From: Dehalococcoidia bacterium
Lineage (GTDB): Bacteria; Chloroflexota; Dehalococcoidia; Lucifugimonadales; UBA3495
Direction: 5' to 3'
Assembly: GCA_965115825.1 (NCBI GenBank)
Contig: OZ220464.1
Location: 705,530 to 769,529 of the forward strand
DNA: 64,000 bases
The stretch's first letter is position 1; every line of letters begins with the position of its first letter. The notes under the pieces are model-generated. The model was not told where the DNA came from. It was given only the letters and a program-made list of their open reading frames with translations, and made no database searches. Positions 26,817 to 36,479 of the stretch are shown piece by piece. The position numbers and the translations under genes are program-made.

Positions 26817-27539
26817 ATGACATCCTGCTACCTCTCCGTCGTTATCCCGGCTTACAACGAGGAAAGACGGCTGCCTGAAACTCTGGCCGCCGTCAACGAT
26901 TACCTCAGCCGGTTCCCCTATGCTTGGGAAATCGTCGTTGCCGACGACGGCAGCGAAGACGCTACCGGCGCCGTAGTCCGCTCAATCGCTCAGGGCAATG
27001 CCCGCCTGCGCCTGCTCACTCTACCCCACCGAGGCAAGGGCTCGGCGGTGAAACACGGGATGCTGGCCGCCGCCGGCGAATATCGCTTTCTGTGCGATGC
27101 CGACTTGTCAATGCCCATAGCATTCCTCGATAGATTGCTCCCTCCCGCTGCCCCTGATGCTGACATCGTCATCGGCTCCCGGGAAGCCCCGGGCGCGCGG
27201 CGCATCGGCGAACCCCGTCGCCGCTGGCTGATGGGCCGGGTGTTCAATGGTATGACCCGGCTCCTGGCCGTCCGTGGCGTCGCCGACACCCAATGCGGAT
27301 TCAAGGTTTTCAGCGCCGCCGCCGCCGAGCGGCTCTTTTCACAGCAAACCCTCGACGGTTTCGCCTTTGACGCCGAAATCCTGTTCTTGGCCCGCCGGCG
27401 CGGCTTCACCGTCGCCGAAACGGCCATAGATTGGCATTATCGGGAAGAGAGCAAAGTCCGCCCCTTCCGCGACGGCTGGCGCACCCTCCGCGACCTGCTT
27501 ATCATCCGCTGGCGCTGGCTGACCCGTAACGCTGACTGA
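26817..27539 (+). CDS. Family-2 glycosyltransferase (polyprenyl-phosphate sugar transferase-like)
   Basis: Motifs LSVVIPAYNEE, VADDGSED and a DAD motif (LCDADL). Confidence 0.8.
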   Translation: MTSCYLSVVIPAYNEERRLPETLAAVNDYLSRFPYAWEIVVADDGSEDATGAVVRSIAQGNARLRLLTLPHRGKGSAVKHGMLAAAGEYRFLCDADLSMPIAFLDRLLPPAAPDADIVIGSREAPGARRIGEPRRRWLMGRVFNGMTRLLAVRGVADTQCGFKVFSAAAAERLFSQQTLDGFAFDAEILFLARRRGFTVAETAIDWHYREESKVRPFRDGWRTLRDLLIIRWRWLTRNAD

Positions 27540-27669
27540 CCCGCATTTTTAAGTAATTCCCAATAATTCGCTTGCGTTTTCCGTTGACTGGCTGCGCCGT
27601 TTCGGTGTAATTCTACACCACAACATTACGCGGCCTGATACCCACCATTGCAGTTTGCGATTAGCAGAA

Positions 27670-28617
27670 ATGGCGCAAGGAACGTCAAGCATGACTCAGC
27701 ACACTCCTACGCGGCCCGCAGCCGCCACCGACAGCGCAATGACCCCAAATCGGTTCCGAATCAACTTGGGCAAGGAAGCCGTCAGGCTGGCCCTGGCCGG
27801 AAATTGGAGCCGAGCCGCCCAAATCAACCGGGCTATCCTGGAACTGCATCCCGACGACTGCGAGGCTGCCAACCGCCTCGCCAAAGCCCTCATAGAACTT
27901 TCCGACTATGCCGGCGCTCGCGCCGTGCTCGATGACCTGTGCCGTCGTTCTCCGAACAACAGCATCGCCCGCAAGAACCTCTCCCGCTTGGAAAAGCTGG
28001 AATCCGCCGGAACCGTCCGCCTCTCCGCTCCTGTTGCCCCCGCCGGTCTGTCGCCACTCTTCATCGAAGACGGCGGCAAATCCTGCACTGCCACCTTGCG
28101 GCAGGTCGCTAACGATTCCGTTCTGGCCACTCTCAGCGCCGGAGACCCGGTAGCCTTGGTTCAAGTGGACGACGCTGTAATCGTAGCAACCAACGACGAC
28201 AAGCGGCTGGGCATCGTCGAGCCGCGCCTGAGCCGGCGGCTCCGAAAACTGATTGCCGGCGGCAACCGCTACACGGCAGCGGTGGTCGCCGTCAGCGGCG
28301 GCGATGTATCGGTAATCATCAGGGAATCCCACCAACATCCGTCCCTGCGCAACGTCATATCGTTCCCGTCCGGCTCCTGCCCTCCCGCGCCAGCCGACGA
28401 GATGGAAAGCAACGCCCCGGCCTACGAAGAGCCTGACCCGTTGGACGTCCTGAACGAACCCGATACGGAAGATGCAATATCCGTCCTGATGACCGACGAA
28501 GTTGAGGATGACCCCTCCGGCGACGCCGACGACACCGTGCCCGTGCTGGACACCGACGACGTGGCGGACGCCCCGCTCCCAGTATTCGTTCCTCAGGAAG
28601 CCGAGGAGTGGGAGTAG
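27670..28617 (+). CDS. TPR-containing protein with acidic C-terminal tail
   Basis: N-terminal TPR-like helices (AGNWSRAAQINRAILELHPDDCEAANRLAKALIELSDYAGA). A central beta-rich module follows. The C-terminus is very acidic (DEVEDDPSGDADDTVPVLDTDDVADA). The start is uncertain (27655 or 27670). Confidence 0.5.
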   Translation: MAQGTSSMTQHTPTRPAAATDSAMTPNRFRINLGKEAVRLALAGNWSRAAQINRAILELHPDDCEAANRLAKALIELSDYAGARAVLDDLCRRSPNNSIARKNLSRLEKLESAGTVRLSAPVAPAGLSPLFIEDGGKSCTATLRQVANDSVLATLSAGDPVALVQVDDAVIVATNDDKRLGIVEPRLSRRLRKLIAGGNRYTAAVVAVSGGDVSVIIRESHQHPSLRNVISFPSGSCPPAPADEMESNAPAYEEPDPLDVLNEPDTEDAISVLMTDEVEDDPSGDADDTVPVLDTDDVADAPLPVFVPQEAEEWE

Positions 28618-28619
28618 AT

Positions 28620-30263
28620 TTACCCCTCCTGGCCGGCCCCGCGCGCCCTCGCGTCCAGGCTCACGGCGATTCGCGAGCGGAAAGGACGCACCCTGTTATT
28701 GGCGTGGGGAACGCCCATCGGCGCCACAAACACGGCTTCCTGCCCCGCGGCGTGAGGCGCAAAGAACTCTGCTACGCTGTCGTCGAAGAACGTCAGCCCG
28801 GTTGCTCCCAGGCCCAGCGCGTGCATCCCCAGGTACAGCCGTCCTCCAATGATGCCGGCCAGCGTTTGCGCCACACGGTAGCCGCGCGCCCCAAAGTCCC
28901 GGTTCACCAACTCCAGGTCGGCGGTGATGAAGGCGACTGCGGCCGCGTCAGCCGGCAGTGCCTGCTCGTAGCCCAGGTGGCCGGCCACTTCTCGAAAGTC
29001 CCCCGATTTGAGCAGCCGCAGCCCGTTGTAAAAGCGGTTGTAGTAATACGCGCCGGGTTCCAGCCCGGCAACGGCGTTGACAATGAAGTACAGGCTGAGA
29101 TACCGGCTGAACCCGTCCGTGCCATGCGGCGTGCCGATGCCTTGGCCCGCGGCGTCAACCACGCTGCGGAAGGCTTCCCACGCCATCGGTTCCGTAGCGA
29201 ACCGCCGGGTTGAGCCTCGCGAGCGGATGCAGTCGCCCAACGCCGCCGACGTACCTGCCCGCACGTCCAGGTCTGTTTGAAATGCCCTATCCGGCCCGGA
29301 GCGCAGCGACCTGAAGTCATCGCCGGTTCCATCCAGCTCATCGCGGCCATACTCGGCGCTCTTGTTGACGACATCGTTCCAGTCCGACACGTCTTCACGG
29401 GTGCGGAGCAGAGACGCCAGGTGAAGCTGCCGGCTGAGGGGATAGTCAATCGCGCCGTCGGTAAGGCCGTTGCTTTGCTGTGGCAGCATACCGGGCACAT
29501 CGCCGGGGCCCTCCGGCAGCATACCGTCAGGCGCGCCCACGGTGGCAACCAGCGACGGCGCCTCATCATACCCGTCAACTCCCAGAAAACCGCTGACCAG
29601 CCGATCCACAAAGCCGAATTTCAAGCCAACTGGCAGCCCCTCAGCCTTGCCCGTAGCCAACAGATTGGCCGCCATCGTTCCCAAGTCCCAGTAGCAGTAG
29701 CGGTAGCCGCGCTCCCGGTATTTCCACGCGCTGCGCCAGAAAACCGTGGTGAACACCAGCGTGGCGGGATATGTGGCATGGTCGCCAACGGCGCCGGCGA
29801 TCCAGCGGCGCAAGTCGCCGTTGCGCAGCCGAGCCAGTGTGCATGTGAGCGGATTAAAGTGATAGACGCCGGCCCGCAGTCCGTCCAGGTCGCCGCACGC
29901 CACATAAATCTCGGTAGGATACAGCGCGCCGGCGGACGCTGCCGCCCGGTAATGCACCTCCCCGTCCCGCAACCGGCGCCGCCGTATCACCGTCGCCGAG
30001 TGGTACAGCAGCGAGGTCAGCTTTTCCAGCGTCAGCGGATGCGCCGACCCGGCGTCCATCATTCCGCCAAGAACCGCGTCCCCGCGTATCGCGTCCAATG
30101 CCATCATCGCCGGGCCCGGTTGCGCCGCAACGTCCGGCAGGGAGATGTCGCGCAGCCCGGGGTAAGTCTTATAAAGGGGCGGCTTGTTGGCCAGGTTGAT
30201 ATATTGCAGCTTGGTGGCATCGTTGAAGCGCCGCGCGATGTCCCCATTGTCCGCCGTTCTCAT
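28620..30263 (-). CDS. Two-domain SagB/ThcOx-type nitroreductase-family dehydrogenase
   Basis: About 547 aa made of two nitroreductase-like halves (STRRF, YYYNRF, GLGATGLTFFDD). ATG 30263 is preceded by GGGAG and lies 6 nt after the folB stop. Confidence 0.65.
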   Translation of the reverse strand: MRTADNGDIARRFNDATKLQYINLANKPPLYKTYPGLRDISLPDVAAQPGPAMMALDAIRGDAVLGGMMDAGSAHPLTLEKLTSLLYHSATVIRRRRLRDGEVHYRAAASAGALYPTEIYVACGDLDGLRAGVYHFNPLTCTLARLRNGDLRRWIAGAVGDHATYPATLVFTTVFWRSAWKYRERGYRYCYWDLGTMAANLLATGKAEGLPVGLKFGFVDRLVSGFLGVDGYDEAPSLVATVGAPDGMLPEGPGDVPGMLPQQSNGLTDGAIDYPLSRQLHLASLLRTREDVSDWNDVVNKSAEYGRDELDGTGDDFRSLRSGPDRAFQTDLDVRAGTSAALGDCIRSRGSTRRFATEPMAWEAFRSVVDAAGQGIGTPHGTDGFSRYLSLYFIVNAVAGLEPGAYYYNRFYNGLRLLKSGDFREVAGHLGYEQALPADAAAVAFITADLELVNRDFGARGYRVAQTLAGIIGGRLYLGMHALGLGATGLTFFDDSVAEFFAPHAAGQEAVFVAPMGVPHANNRVRPFRSRIAVSLDARARGAGQEG

Positions 30264-30268
30264 AGCAG

Positions 30269-30664
30269 TCAACTCCCTTGACGTTTCCGGTATAACTCCA
30301 CTGCTGCCGCGCCAATCACGGAACCCCTGATTGGCGGCCGGGGTTTGCTGACCCGCACCCGCACGGCGGACACCATAGCCTGCCGGCAAAGCACAACGTC
30401 CGCGATGTTCCTCGCCGCCGCCTCCAGCAGATTGTACGGTTCCCCTTCCATCACATCCCGCGCTGCCCGGTACAGGTCAGTGTAACTCACGGTATCCGTC
30501 AGGTTGTCCGACGCCCCAGCCTGCCCCAAGTCCAACTCCGCTGTCAGGTCAACTATAAAAGGCTGACCCAAACGCCGCTCCTCAGGATTCACGCCGTGGA
30601 AGCCATAGAACTGCATCCCGGTGAGGATGATGCGGTCAACAGTCGTTTCGCCGTCCCTATCCAT
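30269..30664 (-). CDS. folB: Dihydroneopterin aldolase
   Basis: The sequence RIILTGMQFYGFHGVNPEERRLGQPFIVDL is the FolB signature region. The length is 131 aa. Confidence 0.85.
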   Translation of the reverse strand: MDRDGETTVDRIILTGMQFYGFHGVNPEERRLGQPFIVDLTAELDLGQAGASDNLTDTVSYTDLYRAARDVMEGEPYNLLEAAARNIADVVLCRQAMVSAVRVRVSKPRPPIRGSVIGAAAVELYRKRQGS

Positions 30665-30784
30665 TGCTACCTGCTATCTTCCCCCCAATCCCGCAACGCC
30701 GGTCATGCCCGCCAACCCCGTCACTCCGGCAATTCGTGCCATTACCGCCCCTCGTATCGTAATTTCCAGGAAAGCGGGAATCCG

Positions 30785-31666
30785 TTACCCGCCCGTCTGC
30801 CGCTCAATCTCCGCCACCAGCGCCAGCAGATTCTGCGCCCGCTTCACTACCGGAACGTCCACCATCCGACCGTCTATGGAGAGAGAACCCCGGCCGGCTG
30901 CTTCCGCCTCATCCCAAGCCGCCATGACCCGCCGGGCATAGGCTACGTCATCGGGATGAGGCGAGAAAGTCTCGTTGATAACGTCAATTTGCGCCGGGTG
31001 GATGGCAAACTTCCCCGTGTAGCCCATCTGCCGTGCATTGCCCGCGTCGACGCGCAGGCTGTCCGGGTCGCGGAACCCCACAAACGGGCCATCCAGCGCA
31101 GCGACGCCGGCCGCTTTGGCCGCTACCGCCACTGCTGACCGGGCATAGTAGCATTCCTCGCCAAAATCGCTGCGTATTACGCCCATATCGTTGGTGTAAT
31201 CCTCCCCGCCGAAAGCGATGCCGGCAATGCGTCGGGAAGCGCGCGCCATCTCATATACATGAACGATGGCCATGGCCGTCTCAATCCACGGAATCACCCG
31301 CAGCCGGCCGGGTTCAATGCCGGCCCCCGCTTCCAACGGAGCCAGCAGCCGGTCAACCTGCTCCAAGTCCCACCGGGTCTCCCCCTTGCCGATGCTGATG
31401 CCCGCCAAGTCCGGCGACGCCACCGCTGTCAGCTCGTCCGCTGTCAGCCCGGTGTCCAGCGAGTTCACCCTTACCATCACCCGCCGGCCCGCTGCCCGCA
31501 GCTTGGGTATCCACGCCACCGCCAGCTCACGCGCCGCCGCTTTCTCACCCGGCGGCACCGAGTCTTCCAAGTCAACCATCACTACGTCGGCCCCGAACCC
31601 CAGTGCCCGCCCCAGCATATTGACGCGATTCCCCGGCACGAATACCAGGCTGCGCAGTAATTCCAT
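30785..31666 (-). CDS. HpcH/HpaI aldolase / citrate-lyase beta (CitE)-like lyase
   Basis: Reads LRSLVFVPGNRVNMLGRALGFGADVVMVDLEDSV, with a later IHPAQI. ATG 31666 lies just after the polA stop. Confidence 0.8.
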   Translation of the reverse strand: MELLRSLVFVPGNRVNMLGRALGFGADVVMVDLEDSVPPGEKAAARELAVAWIPKLRAAGRRVMVRVNSLDTGLTADELTAVASPDLAGISIGKGETRWDLEQVDRLLAPLEAGAGIEPGRLRVIPWIETAMAIVHVYEMARASRRIAGIAFGGEDYTNDMGVIRSDFGEECYYARSAVAVAAKAAGVAALDGPFVGFRDPDSLRVDAGNARQMGYTGKFAIHPAQIDVINETFSPHPDDVAYARRVMAAWDEAEAAGRGSLSIDGRMVDVPVVKRAQNLLALVAEIERQTGG

Positions 31667-31668
31667 CG

Positions 31669-34482
31669 TCAGAAATCCCCCCACGAATACCCGGACTTCA
31701 CGTCCACTTTCAGCGTAACGTCCAGCTCCAGAGCGGCCGGCATTTCATCCAGCGCCAGCGCCGTTATCGCTTCCACCTCGGCCTCAGGCGCTTCAAAAAC
31801 CAGCTCATCGTGTACTTGCAGAATCATGCGAGAACGCATCCCCTCCCGCGCCATCCGCGCGCGCACGTTAACCATCGCCTTCTTTATAATGTCGGCGGCG
31901 GTTCCCTGAATCGGCATATTGATGGCCATTCGCTCGGCGGCGGCCCTGGTGTTGTGATTGGTGGACTGTATGTCCGGGAAATAACGCCGCCTTCCCAGCA
32001 ACGTTTCAGCGTACATCACCGCCCGCGTCCGCTCTTTCACCGTTTCCAGGTAGCCGCTGATGCCGGGATATTGAGACAGGTAAGTATCTATGAAGTTGCG
32101 TCCCTCTTCCCGGCTGAACCCGGTCTGCTGCGATATGCCGTAGGGCCCCAGCCCGTAGATGACCCCGAAGTTGAGCACCTTGGCAATGCGCCGCTGTTCA
32201 TCATCCACTTCGTTAATAGGCACGCTGAACATCTGGCTGGCCGTGGCCGCGTGAATGTCATCGCCCCGCCTGAAGGCTTCCAGCAGCGACGGGTCCTGCG
32301 ACAAATGCGCCAGTACCCGTAGCTCAATCTGCGAGTAGTCCGCCGAAATCAGCCGGCAGCCCACATCGGCCACGAAAGCCCGGCGCACTTGCCGGCCCAG
32401 CTCGGTGCGGATGGGTATGTTTTGCAGGTTCGGGTCGCTGCTGCTCAGCCGACCCGTATCGGAGCCGGTCTGATGGTAGGATGTGTGGATGCGCCCGGTG
32501 CCCCCATTCACCATTTCGGGCAGCGCGTCGACGTAAGTCGACTTCAGCTTGGACACCTGGCGGTAATCCAGTATGCCGTCCACTACCGGGTGCATGCCTT
32601 TCAGCGATTCCAGCGCGTTGGCGTCCGTAGAGTAACCCGACTTGGTGCGCCGGGTTTTGGGCAGGCCCAGCTCCCCGAACAACAAATCGCTCAACTGTTT
32701 CGGTGAATTGATGTTCACCTGGTGCCCGATGGCGGCGTACAAGCCAGTTTCTATCTGCTCCAACTGCTCCTTAAGGTCGCGCGACATTTCGTGCAGAATG
32801 CCAGCGTCCAGCTTTACCCCGTGCTGCTGCATCTCCACCAGCACCGGAACCAGCGGCAGCTCAACATCCGTCAGCAGCCCCGTCAGGTTCCTCTCCGCCA
32901 GCGGCAGCTCAAATTTGCGTCGCAGCTGCAATGTGCAGTCGGCGTCAGCAGCCGCATAGGGTGTAGCGTCGCCGATTCCCACCGCGTTAAAGGTCTTCTG
33001 GTTCCGCCCCCTGCCAATGAGTTCCGTGATGTCGGTCATCTCCCTGCCCAGAAACTCCAGAGCCAGCGGCTTCAGGCCAAGTTGGGTTCTGCCTTTGCCC
33101 AGCAGATGCGCCGCTATAATTGTGTCGCAGTCAATAGCTCCGTAAGGGTCAATGCCGTAATTGCTCAGCAGGGTCAGGTCGTAGTTCGCGTTATGAGCGC
33201 ACCTGCTGATGCCGTCGTCGGTGAACAAAGGGCGCACCGCGGCCATCACCTGCTCCAAAGGCAGCTGTTCCCCGTCGGTATGTCCCACCGGCACATACCA
33301 GGCCACTCCGCCGTCAACGGCAAAACTCAGCCCGGCCAGCTCCGCCGCCATCGGGTTGGTGTTGCTGGATTCGGTGTCGAAAGCGAAGTCGCCCGCCTCC
33401 CGCAGCTTGGCAATCATGTCGTCCAGCTGCTCAACCGTAACCACCGTATGGTAGTCGAATTCCGACGGTTGCGCCGGCCTGCCCGTTGCCGGACCTTGCG
33501 CCCTGATGTCGCCGTCGCCCAAAGCAACGGCGGCCGTCGCCCACGGCGCATCCGGCGCTGGCACCCGTCCCACCACGCTGTGAAACTCCAGCTCCGTCAT
33601 CAGCGCTACTACGTCGCCCCTCTGGTAATTCCCGAAACGGCAGGCTTCCAGGTCCAGCTCCACCGGCGCCTCGCGGTCAATGGTCGTCAGGAACCGACAC
33701 TCATAGGCCAGCCTTTCGTTCTCCGATAGAGTGTTTTGCACCCGCTTCTGCGTAATTTCGCCCAGCCGCTCATAGATGCCTTCCAGCGTCCCATAACTGT
33801 CCAGCAGGGTAATGGCCGTCTTGTCTCCCACGCCGGGCACGCCGGGGATGTTGTCCGATTTGTCCCCCACCAGCGCTTTATAGTCAGGCTGTTGCGCCGC
33901 TGTCAGCCCTCCGTAGCGTTCCGCCAATTCCGCCTCTCCGACAATCCGGCGGTCCCGCTCGCTGCTGGCCAGATCAACCCGCACCATGGGGCTGATAAGC
34001 TGGAACGTGTCTCTATCTCCCGTGAGTATCACCGTTTCTACCCCGGCCTCTTCGGCCTGGCGGGATAGCGTCCCGATGATGTCGTCCGCCTCAAAGCCCG
34101 GCAGTTCGTACACCGGAACCGCAAAAACTCTCATCAGCTCCTTCACCCGGTCAAACTGCCCCCGCAGTTCGGGCGGACTCGGTGGCCGCTGAGCTTTATA
34201 CTCCGGAAACCGTTCGTGCCGAAACGTGGGCATCGGCGTGTCAAAGGCCACCGCCACGTGGGTCGGCTGCCATTCGTTCACCGCTCGGATAAACACGCTG
34301 GCGAACCCGTACACTCCGGTAACGTCCTCCCCCGTGCTGGACACGGTGAGGTTGCGGTTCATGCTGATAGCCCGGAAAGAGCGATGCACCATAGCGTGCC
34401 CGTCAATCAGCAGCAGCAGCGGAGATTCCCGCCCGACTGACATCGCAGACATCGGCAATGACATTTGGCCGCTGCTCACCAT
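31669..34482 (-). CDS. polA: DNA polymerase I (5'-3' exo, 3'-5' exo and polymerase domains)
   Basis: Motifs LLLIDGHAMVHR, ISADYSQIELRVLAH, RRIAKVLNFGVIYG and QVHDELVFE. A GGAGGT RBS precedes ATG 34482. Confidence 0.95.
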   Translation of the reverse strand: MVSSGQMSLPMSAMSVGRESPLLLLIDGHAMVHRSFRAISMNRNLTVSSTGEDVTGVYGFASVFIRAVNEWQPTHVAVAFDTPMPTFRHERFPEYKAQRPPSPPELRGQFDRVKELMRVFAVPVYELPGFEADDIIGTLSRQAEEAGVETVILTGDRDTFQLISPMVRVDLASSERDRRIVGEAELAERYGGLTAAQQPDYKALVGDKSDNIPGVPGVGDKTAITLLDSYGTLEGIYERLGEITQKRVQNTLSENERLAYECRFLTTIDREAPVELDLEACRFGNYQRGDVVALMTELEFHSVVGRVPAPDAPWATAAVALGDGDIRAQGPATGRPAQPSEFDYHTVVTVEQLDDMIAKLREAGDFAFDTESSNTNPMAAELAGLSFAVDGGVAWYVPVGHTDGEQLPLEQVMAAVRPLFTDDGISRCAHNANYDLTLLSNYGIDPYGAIDCDTIIAAHLLGKGRTQLGLKPLALEFLGREMTDITELIGRGRNQKTFNAVGIGDATPYAAADADCTLQLRRKFELPLAERNLTGLLTDVELPLVPVLVEMQQHGVKLDAGILHEMSRDLKEQLEQIETGLYAAIGHQVNINSPKQLSDLLFGELGLPKTRRTKSGYSTDANALESLKGMHPVVDGILDYRQVSKLKSTYVDALPEMVNGGTGRIHTSYHQTGSDTGRLSSSDPNLQNIPIRTELGRQVRRAFVADVGCRLISADYSQIELRVLAHLSQDPSLLEAFRRGDDIHAATASQMFSVPINEVDDEQRRIAKVLNFGVIYGLGPYGISQQTGFSREEGRNFIDTYLSQYPGISGYLETVKERTRAVMYAETLLGRRRYFPDIQSTNHNTRAAAERMAINMPIQGTAADIIKKAMVNVRARMAREGMRSRMILQVHDELVFEAPEAEVEAITALALDEMPAALELDVTLKVDVKSGYSWGDF

Positions 34483-34571
34483 AAGGGATTACCTCCGTCC
34501 GCGCGCCCGGCACTTCAGTATGCCGGCGGTCTTCGCGCCGCATTATACATCACGCTCGCCCAGCGTAATTA

Positions 34572-34580
34572 TGCTAAAAT
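34572..34580 (+). promoter_or_regulatory. Extended -10 promoter candidate (TGCTAAAAT) giving a leaderless mRNA
   Basis: The -10 hexamer ends 9 nt before ATG 34590. No purine-rich SD lies in between. Confidence 0.4.
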
Positions 34581-34589
34581 CGCCCTACT

Positions 34590-34907
34590 ATGCCCCTGTA
34601 CGAATATCAATGCAACCAATGCGGCCAGCGCCAATCCCGACTGGTGTACAGCTGGACGTCCGCCGATGGCTTGCTCTGTAAAGCCTGCGCCGGCAGCGAC
34701 CTCTCCAGGCTGGTGTCCGGCTTCTCCTTCCATCGCTCTTGGGGTGAAAGCCTCAACTGGATGCCCGACAACGCTGCCGCCGACCTGGACAACGCCCACG
34801 TCGGCAGCATCGACGCCCACATGGCCCGCATGGACGACGCTATGGGCGGTCTCGTAACCCCCGACTTCCACGAACACCGACACGAAATCAACTATCCCGG
34901 CGGGTAA
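34590..34907 (+). CDS. FmdB-family zinc-ribbon putative regulatory protein
   Basis: The N-terminus is MPLYEYQCNQCG...CKACAG, the characteristic FmdB CxxC..CxxC start. Confidence 0.75.
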   Translation: MPLYEYQCNQCGQRQSRLVYSWTSADGLLCKACAGSDLSRLVSGFSFHRSWGESLNWMPDNAAADLDNAHVGSIDAHMARMDDAMGGLVTPDFHEHRHEINYPGG

Positions 34908-35024
34908 CCGCCATATGCCAGCTCCGGGAATCATATCCTTGCCACTTCTCTGCGACCCGGCGCCAACCTCACCACACCGTAGCTCCGCCAAAAGCCCGAA
35001 CCCAAGCCCCGCAACGGCCCCCAA

Positions 35025-35047
35025 ATCCTGAAAATCCTGCTTCTGAC
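35025..35047 (-). repeat. Short copy of the core repeat (reverse orientation)
   Basis: ATCCTGAAAATCCTGCTTCTGAC, followed by C-rich sequence related to the G-rich arm of the arrays. It lies between the two fmdB-like genes. Confidence 0.7.
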
Positions 35048-35169
35048 AACCCAACCCAAAGAACTCCACTGCCCAACCCATCCCTAGGAACCTACCTCCC
35101 CACTGCCGCAGCGCAGCGGAAAGCTCCAACTTTTCCTGAAACTGTCCCATAGAGGAGAGTACAACCCGT

Positions 35170-35505
35170 ATGCCAATCTACGAATACCGCTGCCGGCAAT
35201 GCCGGGCTGTAGCCTCGGTTTTCGTGCGTTCCGTCAGCAGCCACGCTCCGCCCGCTTGCGCCGACTGCAACAGTGGCGTTATGGAGCGGCGAATGTCAAC
35301 TTTTACCACGGGCAAAACGACCGCCAGCGTCCACGAATCCAACCCGGTCGGCCTGCCCTCCCAGGACTACTACCGCGACCCGCGCAACATTGGCCGCCAC
35401 GTTGAAGAGTCGTTCACTCGGCACGGCGTCGCTATGCCCGACTCCGTGCGCCGGTCAATTGATGCCGCCCGCAGCGGCGAGGATCCCAAAGGACTTGATC
35501 TGTGA
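35170..35505 (+). CDS. FmdB-family zinc-ribbon putative regulatory protein (second copy)
   Basis: Reads MPIYEYRCRQC...CADCNS. A GAGGAGAG RBS lies upstream. Confidence 0.75.
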   Translation: MPIYEYRCRQCRAVASVFVRSVSSHAPPACADCNSGVMERRMSTFTTGKTTASVHESNPVGLPSQDYYRDPRNIGRHVEESFTRHGVAMPDSVRRSIDAARSGEDPKGLDL

Positions 35506-36479
35506 TTACCCCCCGCAACGCTGCCCCGTCCACATTGCTGGCCGCGCTTACCGACTGCGTCGCAGGACTCCTCGAATCCGATGACCTGCCCGAAGGACTA
35601 AGCGCCGGCGAACTGGGTTGGCTCGACAGCAAGTTGAGCGTGCCGGAGCGCGAACCCTCCCCGGCCGCGCCGCCGCACAGCCGCGCCGCCGCCCTCACCC
35701 TCGCCAAGGCCGCCGGCGACCTGCTCTGCGTGCTTGAAGCCGCCGGCGCACTCCCCGCCGACTCCGCCCTGCAGCTGCGCCGCGCTCTGGACGACGCCGT
35801 TCTCCGCATCGGCGCCGCCTTGCGTCAAGCCCAAGCCGGCCGCATCCACGGCCTGTACGTCATCATAGACCCGGAAGTTACCGGCGGACGCCCTCCCCTG
35901 GACATCGCCCGCGCCGCTATCAACGGCGGCGCGCGAATGCTCCAGCTCCGTGACAAACTGCGCGACAAAGGCCAGCAGCTCCCCTTAGCCCTGGCCCTGC
36001 GCGACCTTTGCGCCGCCAACGACGCCCTGCTAATCATTAACGACCACGCCGACTTGGCCGCCGCCCTCGGGCCGGACCACGTTGGCTTGCATGTTGGTCA
36101 AACCGACTTGCCTGTGTCGGAAGCCCGCAAACTTCTGGCCCCGGAGCAGGTTCTCGGTCGCTCCAACCGTGAAATCGGACTGATTACGGAATCGCAGCGG
36201 ATGGGCGCCGACCACGTGGCCTTTGGCCCAATGTATGCTACCGCTACCAAGCAGGTCACCCGCGCTCCACAAGGGCCGGAACGGTTGCGGCAGGCCCGCG
36301 CCGCCGCTCATGTCCCCCTCGTTGCCATCGGCGGTATCACGGCGGAAAACGTGGCGTCCGTAGTGGAAGCCGGCGCCGATGCTGTCTGCGTAACCGCTGC
36401 CGTAGGCGCTGCGCCCAACCCTGAGGCCGCCGCCCGGGAACTCACCGCAGCCATCCAATCCGCCGGCGGGCGTGTCTGA
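35502..36479 (+). CDS. thiE: Thiamine-phosphate synthase with ~110-aa N-terminal extension
   Basis: The C-terminal ~210 aa read LYVIIDPEV...GARMLQLRDK...HVGQTDL...AIGGI, which is ThiE. The GTG start overlaps the fmdB-2 stop (GTGA). Confidence 0.8.
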   Translation: MITPRNAAPSTLLAALTDCVAGLLESDDLPEGLSAGELGWLDSKLSVPEREPSPAAPPHSRAAALTLAKAAGDLLCVLEAAGALPADSALQLRRALDDAVLRIGAALRQAQAGRIHGLYVIIDPEVTGGRPPLDIARAAINGGARMLQLRDKLRDKGQQLPLALALRDLCAANDALLIINDHADLAAALGPDHVGLHVGQTDLPVSEARKLLAPEQVLGRSNREIGLITESQRMGADHVAFGPMYATATKQVTRAPQGPERLRQARAAAHVPLVAIGGITAENVASVVEAGADAVCVTAAVGAAPNPEAAARELTAAIQSAGGRV

